Assembly: GCA_039030315.1 (NCBI GenBank)
Contig: JBCCEL010000001.1
Span: forward strand, 9,714-73,713
From: Pseudomonadota bacterium
GTDB taxonomy: Bacteria > Pseudomonadota > Alphaproteobacteria > Rhizobiales > CAJQND01
Direction: 5' to 3'
Length of the DNA: 64,000 nt
A program made the translations under genes and the position numbers. Below, piece by piece: positions 42,674 through 52,960 of this stretch (position 1 is its first letter; the number at the start of each line of letters is the position of its first letter). The notes below the pieces were generated by a model. That model made no database searches, had not been told where the DNA came from, and worked only from the letters and a program-made list of their open reading frames with translations.

Positions 42674-43519
42674 ATGAGCAAGGGCACAACGGGCGATGAG
42701 TGCTGTGTCACCAAAGAACAAGTCAATGATGCCCGCCGGCGCGTCCTGGCAGGCACAGTGGCCGCTGCCGCAGCAGCAGGCGTGACCGGCTCTGCGTCAG
42801 CTGCGGCCGACGCAAAGAACGCAGCCTACGCGGACCCTTCCAAGCCCGGACTTCCACCGGTGGAAATGACCGTCGAGGCGGGCAGCACGGCCCTGGTGGT
42901 CGTAGATCCGCAGGTCGATTTCCTCTCAACTGAGGGCGTCACCTGGGGGGTCGTCGGCGAGAGTGTCACCGAACAGGGTACGGTCGATAACATCGAGCAA
43001 CTGTTTGCCGCGGCGAAAGCCGTGAAAATGCCGGTCTTCATTTCTCCCCATTACTACTATCCCCACGATCACAAGTGGAACTTCGAGGGCGTTCTCGAGA
43101 AGACCATGCATTCCATATCGATGTTCGACCGCAAGGACCCGCTGAATCTCGACGGATTTGAGGGGTCGGGTGCCGATTGGATGCCGCAATACAAGCCGTA
43201 CATCAATGACGGTGAGACCGTCGTCTGCTCCCCGCACAAGGTCTACAGCCCGGCGCAAAACGATCTCAATCTCCAGATGAGAAAGCGCGGCATCGACAAG
43301 GTGATCCTCGCCGGCATGTCCGCCAACCTGTGCGTACAGGCTCATCTCTATGACATGCTCGAACTCGGCTATGAAGTTGCCGTCGTCCGCGACGCGACCG
43401 CAGGCGCGAAAGTGCCGGAGGGCGATGGATACCTTGCCGCCCTCATCAATTTTCGGTTTGTCGCCAATGGCGTTTGGTGGACCAAGGAAGCCGTGACCCG
43501 CATCAAGGCATCTGGCTGA
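42674..43519 (+). CDS. isochorismatase-family (cysteine) hydrolase with a Tat-type signal peptide
   Basis: ARRRVLAGTVAAAAAAGVTGSASAAA leader. ALVVVDPQVDFLS. VILAGMSANLCVQAHLYDMLELGYEVAVVRDATA with the catalytic Cys. GGGAG upstream of ATG 42674. Confidence 0.75.
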   Translation: MSKGTTGDECCVTKEQVNDARRRVLAGTVAAAAAAGVTGSASAAADAKNAAYADPSKPGLPPVEMTVEAGSTALVVVDPQVDFLSTEGVTWGVVGESVTEQGTVDNIEQLFAAAKAVKMPVFISPHYYYPHDHKWNFEGVLEKTMHSISMFDRKDPLNLDGFEGSGADWMPQYKPYINDGETVVCSPHKVYSPAQNDLNLQMRKRGIDKVILAGMSANLCVQAHLYDMLELGYEVAVVRDATAGAKVPEGDGYLAALINFRFVANGVWWTKEAVTRIKASG

Positions 43520-43626
43520 CAATAGCCCGGTGCCTTGAAATTCCCCCAGTCACGCGTCGTCCGGTGTCTGGCAATCCGCACATTTTCAGGAAAGAGCCGT
43601 GCTCCGTACGCGAGAAGGAATAAGCA

Positions 43627-44394
43627 ATGGAAAACAAGGTTAGTTACATCATCGGAGGATCGTCGGGCATGGGCCTGGCGACTGCACGTAAACTGGTTGA
43701 AGACGGACGCAATGTCGTTCTGTTTGCCAATGACATCAGCAAGTTGGCAGATGCCAAATCCGGCCTTGATGCGCTTGGGCACGGCCAAACCGAAGTCAGG
43801 ACTATAGATCTCTACGATTTTGACGCGGTCGATGTCGCCGTGGATGAGATTGACGGTGATACTCGTCATATCGACCAACTCGTGAATTCTGCGGGCGTTT
43901 TCGCGCCTAAGCCGTTCATCGAGAACGAAAAGACGGATTACGACAGGTACATGGACATGAACCGGTCGACGTTCTTCCTGACCCAGGCCGTGGTCCGAAA
44001 CATGATCAGGAACGGCGGCGGTGCCATTCTGAACATCGGCTCGATGTGGGCCCGCCAGTCGATCAAGGCCACCCCTTCCACGGCCTATTCCATGGCCAAG
44101 GCGGGGATACACTCGATGACGCAGAACCTTGCGATGGAACTGGGGGATCACGGTATTCGCGTGAACGCGATTGCGCCTGCCGTGGTGGTGACACCGATCT
44201 ATGGAGCGTTCATTGATCCGGACAAGATCGATGACACGCTTTCAAGCAGCTTCGACAGTTTTCACCCGGTCGGCCGCATTGGCCGTCCCGAAGATATCGC
44301 CAATCACGCGGCCTTTCTGCTGTCCGACAAGGCGGCATGGACGACGGGTGCGATCCACGATGTTGATGGTGGTGTGATGGCCGGGCGCTGCTGA
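43627..44394 (+). CDS. short-chain dehydrogenase/reductase (SDR)
   Basis: YIIGGSSGMGLATARKL (TGxxxGxG-type dinucleotide fold), NSAG, YSMAKAG (YxxxK). Confidence 0.85.
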   Translation: MENKVSYIIGGSSGMGLATARKLVEDGRNVVLFANDISKLADAKSGLDALGHGQTEVRTIDLYDFDAVDVAVDEIDGDTRHIDQLVNSAGVFAPKPFIENEKTDYDRYMDMNRSTFFLTQAVVRNMIRNGGGAILNIGSMWARQSIKATPSTAYSMAKAGIHSMTQNLAMELGDHGIRVNAIAPAVVVTPIYGAFIDPDKIDDTLSSSFDSFHPVGRIGRPEDIANHAAFLLSDKAAWTTGAIHDVDGGVMAGRC

Positions 44395-44552
44395 TCGCAG
44401 GAGCACGCTGTCACGGCTTCAGAAAGCTCGAACAATGATGGCGGTTTTGGACGCGCCGGCTGAGAGACGTCGGCGATGCTGCCCAGGCTGATCGAGTTGG
44501 TGCAAGTGCGCGGATTCCATCCGCCGTCATTAGGTTCAAGTAAGGAAATTTC

Positions 44553-45026
44553 ATGATGTACGCCACGAGGAACAACATGGATGTGGCCTGCAGATTGGAG
44601 GTCATCGCATTGCTGCAAGCGAGGCTTTGCGACACGCTCGATTTGGGGATGCAGGCCAAACAGGCTCACTGGAATGTCAAGGGGCCGAACTTCCTGACCC
44701 TTCATGAACTTTTCGATCGCCTGCACCAGGAACTGGACGATCACGCGGACACTATCGCGGAGCGGATAGTTGCGCTTGGCGGCCAAGCGCTTGGGACGGT
44801 TCAGGAGGTTGCCGACCAGTCGGCTCTTGATCCCTATCCGATCCGCGCAAGCGCTGCCAGCGATCATATCTCGGCATTTGGGGCGGCGCTGTCCAGGCAC
44901 GGCACGGCCGTCCGGGCGGACATCGACGCCGCGGCCAATCTGGGTGATCAGGCCACTTCGGACCTCTTTACTGAGGTTTGCCGTGGGATCGACAAGGCCC
45001 TTTGGCTGGTCGAAGCGCACGGCTGA
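44553..45026 (+). CDS. dps: Dps-family DNA-protecting ferritin-like protein
   Basis: LNALLA-type N-terminus, AKQAHWNVKGPNFLTLHELFD...DDHADTIAERIVALGG. Typical Dps ferroxidase-site residues and length (157 aa). Confidence 0.85.
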   Translation: MMYATRNNMDVACRLEVIALLQARLCDTLDLGMQAKQAHWNVKGPNFLTLHELFDRLHQELDDHADTIAERIVALGGQALGTVQEVADQSALDPYPIRASAASDHISAFGAALSRHGTAVRADIDAAANLGDQATSDLFTEVCRGIDKALWLVEAHG

Positions 45027-45065
45027 CCTGAACAAACAGATCAAATGATATCAAGGAGAACTGAC

Positions 45066-46007
45066 ATGCTCGGCACGCGAACGATCGCACTTTTCGGAGG
45101 CTTTCTGGGCTTGTTTCTTTGTTTTGCCGCACAGGCCACGGAGGTTCGTTATGGGCATGAAGTCGTCGACGGACACAAGATCTTCTTCCGCGAAGCGGGC
45201 GATCCCGCCAAGCCCACCATCGTCCTGCTGCACGGGTTCCCGAGTTCTTCGCACCAGTATCGCAATCTGCTGAGGGCTCTCGGAGATGCATACCATTTGA
45301 TTGCCCCGGATTATCCCGGATTCGGCTCGAGCGATTTTCCTTCACGCGAGGCGTACACGTATACGTTCGACAGCATTGCATCGACGATTGACAGGTTTCT
45401 CACGCAGCGCGGCATCGCTCGATATTCCCTTTTCATTCAGGATTACGGGGCCCCCGTCGGGATGCGGATCGCGGCGAAGCATCCGGACCGCGTCCAATCA
45501 CTCATCGTGCAGAACGGCAATGTCCATGAAGACGGCATGAACAGGGAAACCTGGAAGCCGATCATGAAGCTTTGGAAGCAGCGGACTCCCGAGCTTGAAA
45601 GAATGATCGCCTCCAATGTGTTCACCCTGGCCAGCTTGCGCTGGCAGTATACGCACGGCACGAGAAACCCGGATTCAATCCTGCCCGATAACTGGCTCCT
45701 GGATCACCAGGCCCTGTCGAGACCGGGCCAGCACAAAATGCAGCTGGATCTGTTCTACGACTATCAGAACAACGTGAAGCGCTATCCCGAGTGGCAGGCA
45801 TACCTGCGAAAGCACCAGCCTCCCGTGCTCGTCGTCTGGGCAAAGAACGATGCTTTCTTCCCCGTCCCCGGTGCCCAGGGCTGGAAGCGCGACGTGAAGG
45901 ATGTCGATTACAATATTCTAAACACGGGCCATTTTGCCCTCGAAGAGGACGGACTGCTGATTGCACGGAAGATGAGAGAGTTTCTGAGCAAGCGGGGCAT
46001 CAGATAG
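45066..46007 (+). CDS. alpha/beta-fold hydrolase (epoxide hydrolase/haloalkane dehalogenase-like) with an N-terminal signal-like segment
   Basis: IVLLHGFPSSSHQYRNLL, nucleophile elbow region FIQDYGAPVG, C-terminal TGHFALEE. ATG 45066 has AAGGAG 8 nt upstream. The track start at 45045 is in-frame but lacks one. Confidence 0.75.
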   Translation: MLGTRTIALFGGFLGLFLCFAAQATEVRYGHEVVDGHKIFFREAGDPAKPTIVLLHGFPSSSHQYRNLLRALGDAYHLIAPDYPGFGSSDFPSREAYTYTFDSIASTIDRFLTQRGIARYSLFIQDYGAPVGMRIAAKHPDRVQSLIVQNGNVHEDGMNRETWKPIMKLWKQRTPELERMIASNVFTLASLRWQYTHGTRNPDSILPDNWLLDHQALSRPGQHKMQLDLFYDYQNNVKRYPEWQAYLRKHQPPVLVVWAKNDAFFPVPGAQGWKRDVKDVDYNILNTGHFALEEDGLLIARKMREFLSKRGIR

Positions 46008-46750
46008 CGAAGCGCGCATGGCTCCCGGGAGCTGTGGCGGCCAGCGCTTCCGAAATCCGACCTCGGCCCGCGTGCTGAAAGCTTCTAAGGATCGCAGTCC
46101 TACGTTTGATGGGTAACGTAAACTCCCACAACGGGCTTTTCTGCACTCCGAAACCAATCGCTCGCTCGATGGCGAGCTTAGGACCCAATGCGGGTGCTGT
46201 TTCAGCCAGTTCAGACTTCCATCTTGGGGCAAAAGCACCTTGTTCTTTCAATTCATCCGGCGCCGCCCCCCTCATCGTTTTTCGCAATCCAGTTCCCGGT
46301 TCTGGCGATTTCTCAAGTCTGGAAAAATTGGATAAACTGCTGTTATTGTTGCGTGAATTGTACAAGTGGGAATTCTTGTCAAACTGTAAAGTCGATTTCC
46401 CAGTTTTTCACACATATCCATCCGGTCAAGTGAGCCGGTTTTTGGCGGAGTTCTGCGGATCTCGCGCCCGGAAGCGCCATGCCACGGAGCCAATCCATCT
46501 GTCGTCAATTGCGGTTCAAAGTGTCGTCAGGCCAATTTTGGATCGCGCGACTGGTTCGCTCCCGTCTCAGCCTGTAACTCGCAGAAACCAGAGACTTTTG
46601 CCCACCAAATCCCGCTTGATCCCAGACAATCCCGTCTACCGGTCTGTGCCAATCCAAGTGTCGTTCTACAACAATTGTCGGAGTGATGTGACGAATTTGT
46701 CGGAATGAAATCCGGCACAAAAATTACACCATTGATATCATTTGAAGAAT

Positions 46751-46826
<76 letters not shown>

Positions 46827-47150
46827 GCCGGGTCGGGTTTGTGCGGCGATACAGGTCCGTGGCCAGGCAAACCCGAAGGGTGGCGGGCTGTAGCAGGCAC
46901 GGTGCGCCATGTCCAGTGCAATCGCCCGCAACGCCGTCCTCTGAACCCCTGGTGAACGGCGCCTTCAGCTCACGCTCAATCACATTCAGGTAACAGACGC
47001 GTTATCAGCAAGCCCTGGAAGGCTGCCGGCGGTGCCTGAGTGCCGCCGGCCCCCTCCGCCCAAACCCGTAATACCCCAAACCTGCTCGCCCGCCTCAAGG
47101 CGCCACAGCCGAGGGGGGCGAGCCCAATAAATGAAAGAGCATGTAGTCCC

Positions 47151-47462
47151 ATGACCTCAACGACGACGAAACTCGCCGCTGCCGCAGCTCTTGCCGCAGC
47201 GGCCTTGGCGCTGAACACTGTCTCTGCCTCGGCCAAGACCTGCTGGCCCTATGGCACCATCGCCGGCAACGAAGGCACTGCCTACAAGATCGCCAATGCC
47301 AAGCAGAACGCGCGCATCAAATGGCGCATCCGGGTGCGTGGTTCCGCCACCGCCGGCATGGGCTGGACCGACTGGGGATTGGCCGCGAACCGCAGCTATT
47401 CCTGCCGCAAGAAGAACGGCCGCCACCGCTGCCGTGCGGTTGCCACGCCCTGTAAAGCCTGA
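47151..47462 (+). CDS. small secreted Cys-containing hypothetical protein (103 aa)
   Basis: MTSTTTKLAAAAALAAAALALNTVSASA signal peptide, then 5 Cys and a basic mature part. The track ORF begins at 47040, but the ATG at 47151 gives the signal peptide at the N-terminus. Confidence 0.55.
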   Translation: MTSTTTKLAAAAALAAAALALNTVSASAKTCWPYGTIAGNEGTAYKIANAKQNARIKWRIRVRGSATAGMGWTDWGLAANRSYSCRKKNGRHRCRAVATPCKA

Positions 47463-47474
47463 GTGTTGATCTGC

Positions 47475-47498
47475 GGCAGCCGGCTCTGGCCGGTTGCC
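47475..47498. terminator. GC-rich hairpin between convergent genes (possible bidirectional terminator)
   Basis: GGCAGCCGGC-tctg-GCCGGTTGCC: a 10-bp stem with one mismatch and a 4-nt loop, between the stop at 47462 and the zapA stop at 47525. No U-tract. Confidence 0.35.
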
Positions 47499-47524
47499 GC
47501 CCGGCTCGCAGTGAACCGGTGCCC

Positions 47525-47881
47525 TCAGGGAGACATTTCCCGGGATAGGGCCTCGAGCCGGTCTGCTGCCGCGGAAAGGCGCTCCGCCACACTGCGTTCA
47601 AGCGATGCCGCCCGGTTCGTGGCCGCCGCCCGGGCATCCTTCATGGTGGCGATTTCGTCTTCCAGGTCTTCGATTTTCAACAGAGAGGACGCCAGCTTGT
47701 CAGCAATCACCAGGCTGGCCATGAGCAGCAGTCGGGAATCGCCAACCTGCCCAAAGCTGCGCTTGAGTTTTGCGACCTCGGTGTCGATCAACTGAGCCAG
47801 TTCGGAAAGGTGCTCTTCTTCGCCCTCATCGCACTGCATCGCATAAGGGCGGTCATTTACGGTGACAACTACTTGCGCCAT
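47525..47881 (-). CDS. zapA: cell division protein ZapA
   Basis: MAQVVVTVNDRPYAMQCDEGEEEHLSELAQLIDTEVAKLKRSFGQVGDSRLLLMASLVIADKL: the typical ZapA N-terminal domain plus a coiled-coil tail. Confidence 0.85.
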   Translation of the reverse strand: MAQVVVTVNDRPYAMQCDEGEEEHLSELAQLIDTEVAKLKRSFGQVGDSRLLLMASLVIADKLASSLLKIEDLEDEIATMKDARAAATNRAASLERSVAERLSAAADRLEALSREMSP

Positions 47882-47941
47882 GGCCTCTGACCAATTCGTC
47901 CACTCGTTTCGTTACGCCGGCCCAGACCGTGCCGGGACCGC

Positions 47942-48223
47942 TCAATCACCGTCCTTGTCAACGATGCGCACCACCGCCGCCATCGCCGCATCAAGACGTT
48001 TGACCGCCTCCGCCGTAACCCTGCTCTGATCGGAAAGCCGCGCCTTGGTGCGGTCCAACTCAGCCGCCAGCTTGGACCGGTCCTCGCGCATGGCATGGGT
48101 TTCATTGTTGGCCGCCGCACTTGCCGCAAGCTGCTGGCGCACCCTGACCGCCGCCCCCTCGAAGGTCTGCATTGCCTGCTCAAAACGGTTTAGCGCAGCC
48201 TCCAAGGACAACTGCTCAGACAT
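47942..48223 (-). CDS. small coiled-coil protein (DUF4164-like), the usual upstream partner of zapA in alphaproteobacteria
   Basis: 93 aa, entirely helical/heptad-like. Position immediately upstream of zapA. Family name recalled from memory, not searched. Confidence 0.6.
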   Translation of the reverse strand: MSEQLSLEAALNRFEQAMQTFEGAAVRVRQQLAASAAANNETHAMREDRSKLAAELDRTKARLSDQSRVTAEAVKRLDAAMAAVVRIVDKDGD

Positions 48224-48390
48224 ACACTATCCACATGTTTAGGTCCGGACCCACCCGGTCCTGACGCTCACCGCCCCGCCCCGAAGCAGTGCCGATTATG
48301 CAATCCCGGGCGGCAGCGTCAATCAAAAGCTCTTCATTATCCGTGCTTTCTGCGAAAAACATGACCCTCTACAGCAATTGTGCCGTTATC

Positions 48391-48406
48391 TTGCACTGCA
48401 GCATTG
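48391..48406. promoter_or_regulatory. second copy of the TGC-N3-GCAG box, upstream of tkt
   Basis: TTGCACTGCAGCATTG lies about 100 nt upstream of the tkt ATG, followed by more TGC/GCA-rich sequence (gcggcaaaagcagcatgcga). Confidence 0.35.
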
Positions 48407-48503
48407 CGGCAAAAGCAGCATGCGATCCGTCCCCCTGAGAGGATTGACTCGGCAAAGGCAGGTGCTAAGAGTGCGCGCCAAATCCACGGGGTGGTGGTGA
48501 ACC

Positions 48504-50555
48504 ATGTCACAAACCAGCGCGGCGGCATCCCTTGCCTCCGATGAAACCGGCGCTGACGTGCCCAATCAGGAAAATTCACGCGAAATGCAGATGGCAAACG
48601 CAATCCGGGCGCTGTCCATGGACGCCGTCCAGGCGGCCAGGAGCGGCCACCCGGGCCTGCCGATGGGCGCGGCCGATATCGCGACAGTACTCTTTACCCG
48701 GGTGCTGAAATTCGACGCGACTGCGCCGGATTGGGCCGATCGGGACCGCTTTGTCCTGTCCGCCGGCCATGGCTCGATGCTGCTTTATTCTTGCCTGCAT
48801 CTGCTGGGTTACGAGGATTTCTCACTCGACCAGCTGAAGAACTTCCGCCAGCTCGGATATCTCACCGCCGGTCACCCTGAATTTGGCCATGGCGCTGGGA
48901 TCGAAACCACGACCGGGCCGCTGGGGCAGGGGGTCGGAAACGCTGTGGGCATGGCTCTGGCCGAGCGTATCATGGCGGCAAACTTTGGCAACGAGGTCGT
49001 CGATCACTACACGTTCGCGCTGGCCGGCGACGGTTGCCTGATGGAGGGGATCAGCCAGGAAGCGATTACGCTTGCGGGCCATCTGAATCTCTCCAAGCTC
49101 ATCGTTCTGTTTGACGACAACGGTATTTCGATTGATGGGCCGGTCTCTTTGAGCGATTCGACCGACCAGCAGGCGCGGTTTGCCGCCTCCGGCTGGGATG
49201 TCCGAGCAGTGGACGGGCACGATCAAGACGCGATTTTCGCTGCCATCGAAGCGGCGAAGGCAACGGACAAGCCCTCCCTGATCGCGTGCAAGACCATCAT
49301 CGGCTACGGCTCGCCGAACAAGCAGGGCACGTCATCGACCCACGGCGCGCCGCTGGGCGATGAGGAGATTGCCGCAACGCGTGAGGAGCTGGGCTGGAGT
49401 TCTCCGCCATTCGAGATCCCGACCGAGATCCGCGATGCCTGGCGGCTTGCCGGCATCCGCGGCTGCAAGGTCCGCAAGGCCTGGGAGAAAAAGGTCAAGG
49501 CGCTGGAGCCTGATGTTCGCGCTGATTTCGAACGGCGCCTGGCGGGCAATCTGCCGTCCGGACTTGGAGAAGCCATCACCGCCTACAAGGAACAGCTGGC
49601 GGAGGACAAGCCCGCGCTTGCCACGCGCGCGTCGTCGCAAAACGCTCTTGATGTCATCAACGAGGTGGTGCCGGAGACAATCGGCGGATCCGCTGACCTT
49701 ACCGGCTCCAATAACACCAAAAGTGCTGGCATGGCTGCGCTGACCGCGGCGGATTACAGTGGGCGGTTCATCCACTACGGCATCCGGGAGCATGGCATGG
49801 CGGCTGCCATGAACGGCATGGCGCTGCATCGCGGGGTCATTCCATATTCCGGCACCTTCCTGGTCTTCACGGACTATTGCCGGCCGTCTATCCGGTTGTC
49901 CGCGCTGATGAAACAGCGGGTGATCTACGTGATGACCCACGATTCCATCGGTCTTGGCGAGGACGGACCGACCCATCAGCCGGTCGAACATCTGGCGGCG
50001 ATGCGCGCGATTCCCAATCTCAACGTCTTCCGGCCGGCGGATGCCACCGAAGTTGCCGAATGCTGGCAATTGGCGCTGGAGGCAACCGATACCCCGAGCG
50101 TGATTGCCCTGACGCGGCAAAAAGTTCCTGCGGTGCGTCAGCGCTTCTACAAGCAGAACGAATGTGCGCGCGGTGCCTACGAGCTGATGTCTGCTGAAGG
50201 GCAGGCGGAAGTGGTGATCTTCTCAACTGGTTCCGAAGTGCATCTGGCGGTCGAGGCTAAGGCGCGGCTCGATGAGGCCGGTACGCCGACCAGAGTGGTT
50301 TCCGTCCCCTCCATGGAGCTGTTCGCGGCCCAGGACGACGAATACCGGCGGTTCATTCTCGGCGAAGAGAAGATCCGGGTTGCGATCGAGGCAGGGGTCG
50401 ATCTTGGCTGGTCGCGCTATGTCGGCTCCGAGGGCGTGTTCATCGGCATGAACAGCTTTGGCGCAAGCGGTCCGGCTCCGGAACTCTATGAGCATTTCGG
50501 CATTACAACCGATGCTGTTGTGCAGGCTGTGGAGGAGCGCAAGGGCGCAGGCTAG
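48504..50555 (+). CDS. tkt: transketolase
   Basis: [56 protein letters not shown]. 683 aa. Confidence 0.95.
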   Translation: MSQTSAAASLASDETGADVPNQENSREMQMANAIRALSMDAVQAARSGHPGLPMGAADIATVLFTRVLKFDATAPDWADRDRFVLSAGHGSMLLYSCLHLLGYEDFSLDQLKNFRQLGYLTAGHPEFGHGAGIETTTGPLGQGVGNAVGMALAERIMAANFGNEVVDHYTFALAGDGCLMEGISQEAITLAGHLNLSKLIVLFDDNGISIDGPVSLSDSTDQQARFAASGWDVRAVDGHDQDAIFAAIEAAKATDKPSLIACKTIIGYGSPNKQGTSSTHGAPLGDEEIAATREELGWSSPPFEIPTEIRDAWRLAGIRGCKVRKAWEKKVKALEPDVRADFERRLAGNLPSGLGEAITAYKEQLAEDKPALATRASSQNALDVINEVVPETIGGSADLTGSNNTKSAGMAALTAADYSGRFIHYGIREHGMAAAMNGMALHRGVIPYSGTFLVFTDYCRPSIRLSALMKQRVIYVMTHDSIGLGEDGPTHQPVEHLAAMRAIPNLNVFRPADATEVAECWQLALEATDTPSVIALTRQKVPAVRQRFYKQNECARGAYELMSAEGQAEVVIFSTGSEVHLAVEAKARLDEAGTPTRVVSVPSMELFAAQDDEYRRFILGEEKIRVAIEAGVDLGWSRYVGSEGVFIGMNSFGASGPAPELYEHFGITTDAVVQAVEERKGAG

Positions 50556-50683
50556 CCAGGCGTTCACCACGACTTATTGATAGTCGGCTGAAGAGTTGAT
50601 TCTGGCGCCGGAATCGTTCAAATCGTACGCGCCCTGAGGCTCGTTTTGGCCCGCAGGCGCAGTCCCAGGAGATTAGAGACACA

Positions 50684-51688
50684 ATGAGTGTTCGCGTTGC
50701 GATCAACGGGTTTGGCCGTATCGGCCGCCTTGCCTTGCGCGCCGTGGCCGAGAGCCGGCGCAACGACGTGGAAGTGGTGGCGATCAACAACCGGTCGGAC
50801 ATCGGCATCGCTGCCCACCTTCTGAAGTACGACACTGTGCACGGGCGCTATCCCGGCGAGGTCCGCGTGGAAGGGGACATGCTGGATGTGGGCGGCGGCC
50901 CCATCCGGGTGTTCCAGGAAAGTGCGCCGGAGGACATCCGCTGGAACGATGTCGGGGTCGATGTCGTGCTTGAGTGTACCGGCAAGTTCCGCGACGGCCC
51001 GTCCAATCAGGCGCATCTGGAGAACGGCGCCGGCAAGGTTCTCATCTCCGCTCCTGGCAAGAACTGCGATCACACTGTCGTCTACGGCGTCAATCACGAG
51101 AGCCTGAGCACCGAGCACAAGGTGGTTTCAAACGCGTCCTGCACCACGAACTGCCTGGCGCCCATGGCCAAGGTCCTGCACGAGGCGTTCGGCATAGAGC
51201 GCGGCTTCATGACCACGATCCACGCCTACACCACGGACCAGCGCATTCTCGACAACAGCCACAAGGACCTGCGCCGGGCGCGTGCTGCCGCATTGTCGAT
51301 GATCCCGACAACCACGGGCGCGGCGAAGGCTGTTGGTCTCGTGATGCCCGAACTTGCGGGCAAGCTCGACGGCACCTCCATCCGCGTTCCCACGCCGAAT
51401 GTCTCCATGGTCGATCTGGTGTTCGTTCCTGAGAAAAGCGCCACGGTGGATGACGTGAACGCGGCGATGCGCGCGGCGGCAGACGGGAACATGCGTGGTG
51501 TGATCGAATATTGCGACGAACCGCTGGTTTCCTCTGATTTCAATCATAACCAGGCCTCTGCCGTTTATGACGCAGAAGAAACCGCCGTTGTGGACGGCGG
51601 GCTGATCCGGGTCGCCGGCTGGTACGACAATGAATGGGGTTTTTCGCACCGCATGAACGACACTGCGGCCTTGATGGGTTCACTCTAG
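50684..51688 (+). CDS. gap: glyceraldehyde-3-phosphate dehydrogenase
   Basis: VAINGFGRIGRL, SNASCTTNCLAP (catalytic Cys), WYDNEWGFS. Confidence 0.95.
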   Translation: MSVRVAINGFGRIGRLALRAVAESRRNDVEVVAINNRSDIGIAAHLLKYDTVHGRYPGEVRVEGDMLDVGGGPIRVFQESAPEDIRWNDVGVDVVLECTGKFRDGPSNQAHLENGAGKVLISAPGKNCDHTVVYGVNHESLSTEHKVVSNASCTTNCLAPMAKVLHEAFGIERGFMTTIHAYTTDQRILDNSHKDLRRARAAALSMIPTTTGAAKAVGLVMPELAGKLDGTSIRVPTPNVSMVDLVFVPEKSATVDDVNAAMRAAADGNMRGVIEYCDEPLVSSDFNHNQASAVYDAEETAVVDGGLIRVAGWYDNEWGFSHRMNDTAALMGSL

Positions 51689-51714
51689 CGACTGAAGACG
51701 GCTGAAGACGGGAT

Positions 51715-52923
51715 ATGGACAAGACTTTCCGCACGCTCGACGACTATGACATTGACGGCAAGCGCGTGCTCGTGCGCGCCGATCTGAACGTCCCTCTGGA
51801 AGAGGGAATTGTGCGCGACACGACCCGGATCGAGCGCATTGCGCCGACGCTCGAGGAACTTTCCTCAAAGGGGGCGATTGTCGTGGTGCTGTCCCATTTG
51901 GGCCGCCCGCGCGGCGCCGTCGTGCCGAACATGTCACTGGCGCCCCTGGTCGGCCCGCTGTCTGTTGCCATCGACCGCCCGGTCCGTTTCGTTGCCACGA
52001 CCTGGACAAACGGGGAGGCCCAGCGGGCGGTCTCCAATGCCAAGCCCGGAGATATCCTGTTGATGGAGAACACCCGATTCCATCCGGGTGAGGAGAAGAA
52101 TCAGCCCAAATTCGTGAAGATGCTGACCGATCTCGGCGACATCTTTGTCAACGATGCCTTCTCCGCTGCCCATCGTGGTCATGCCTCGACAGAGGGCATT
52201 GCATGGTTTCTTCCCAACGCTGCCGGACGCGCCATGGAAGCCGAAATCACCGCATTGGAGAAGACGCTCATCGAGCCAGAGCGGCCGCTCACGGCGATTA
52301 TCGGTGGAGCAAAGATCTCAACGAAGATTGACGTGGTCGGGCATCTCTCCAGTCTGGTCGACTGCCTGGTGATCGGCGGAGGCATGGCCAATACGTTCCT
52401 GGAGGTACAGGGCCACAATATCGGCAAGTCTATCGCCGAGCACGATATGGCCGAAAAGGTGGATGCAATTCTGAAAGAAGCAGAAGAGAACAACTGCGAG
52501 ATTGTTCTGCCCGTTGACGTGGTCGTTGCGGAGGATTTCAAGCCGCACGCCCCCTATCGCACGGTGGGACTTGGCGAGGTTGGCAACCGGGAAATGATCC
52601 TCGATATCGGTCCGGATACGGTCAGCAAGATCGGCGAGACCATAGACCGGTCGAGGACACTGGTCTGGAACGGGCCGATGGGTGTGTTTGAATTGCCTCC
52701 TTTCGATGCAGGCACGATGGCCATAGCCGATATCGCGGCAAAACACTGCCGCGACGGCAAACTGCTTGCCGTTGGCGGTGGCGGAGACACCGTGGCGGCG
52801 CTCAACCGGAACAATCTCGCTAAAGACTTCACATATGTTTCCACAGCTGGCGGCGCCTTCCTTGAATGGCTGGAAGGCAAGGTGCTTCCTGGGGTAGAAG
52901 TGTTGCAAAAGTCCGGCGCCTGA
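51715..52923 (+). CDS. pgk: phosphoglycerate kinase
   Basis: KRVLVRADLNVP, SHLGRP, FVNDAFSAAHRGHAST, GGGDT. Confidence 0.95.
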   Translation: MDKTFRTLDDYDIDGKRVLVRADLNVPLEEGIVRDTTRIERIAPTLEELSSKGAIVVVLSHLGRPRGAVVPNMSLAPLVGPLSVAIDRPVRFVATTWTNGEAQRAVSNAKPGDILLMENTRFHPGEEKNQPKFVKMLTDLGDIFVNDAFSAAHRGHASTEGIAWFLPNAAGRAMEAEITALEKTLIEPERPLTAIIGGAKISTKIDVVGHLSSLVDCLVIGGGMANTFLEVQGHNIGKSIAEHDMAEKVDAILKEAEENNCEIVLPVDVVVAEDFKPHAPYRTVGLGEVGNREMILDIGPDTVSKIGETIDRSRTLVWNGPMGVFELPPFDAGTMAIADIAAKHCRDGKLLAVGGGGDTVAALNRNNLAKDFTYVSTAGGAFLEWLEGKVLPGVEVLQKSGA

Positions 52924-52960
52924 TTTGGCAGAAACGGCGCCGGGAATGGGAGGACAGGCT

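Noticed and set aside
46106-46708. The 200-aa ORF next to tRNA-Lys.
   Set aside because: It has no SD/start context and atypical low-complexity composition (Ser/Pro/Leu/Asn). It lies in AT-richer DNA unlike neighbouring genes and has no recognisable motif. It is treated as non-coding or a scar.
46827-47150. Possible SRP (4.5S) or 6S RNA upstream of tRNA-Lys, near zapA. Short matches to E. coli 4.5S were noted (CCCGCAACGC; GGGCTGTAGCAGGCA vs GGGAUGUAGCUGGCA; a CCTGGAAGG element).
   Set aside because: I could not fold a consistent long hairpin with a GGAA-capped domain IV on either strand. The matching pieces are in the wrong order and orientation for SRP RNA. I do not remember a 6S consensus well enough to test. 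This is left for Rfam rather than called.
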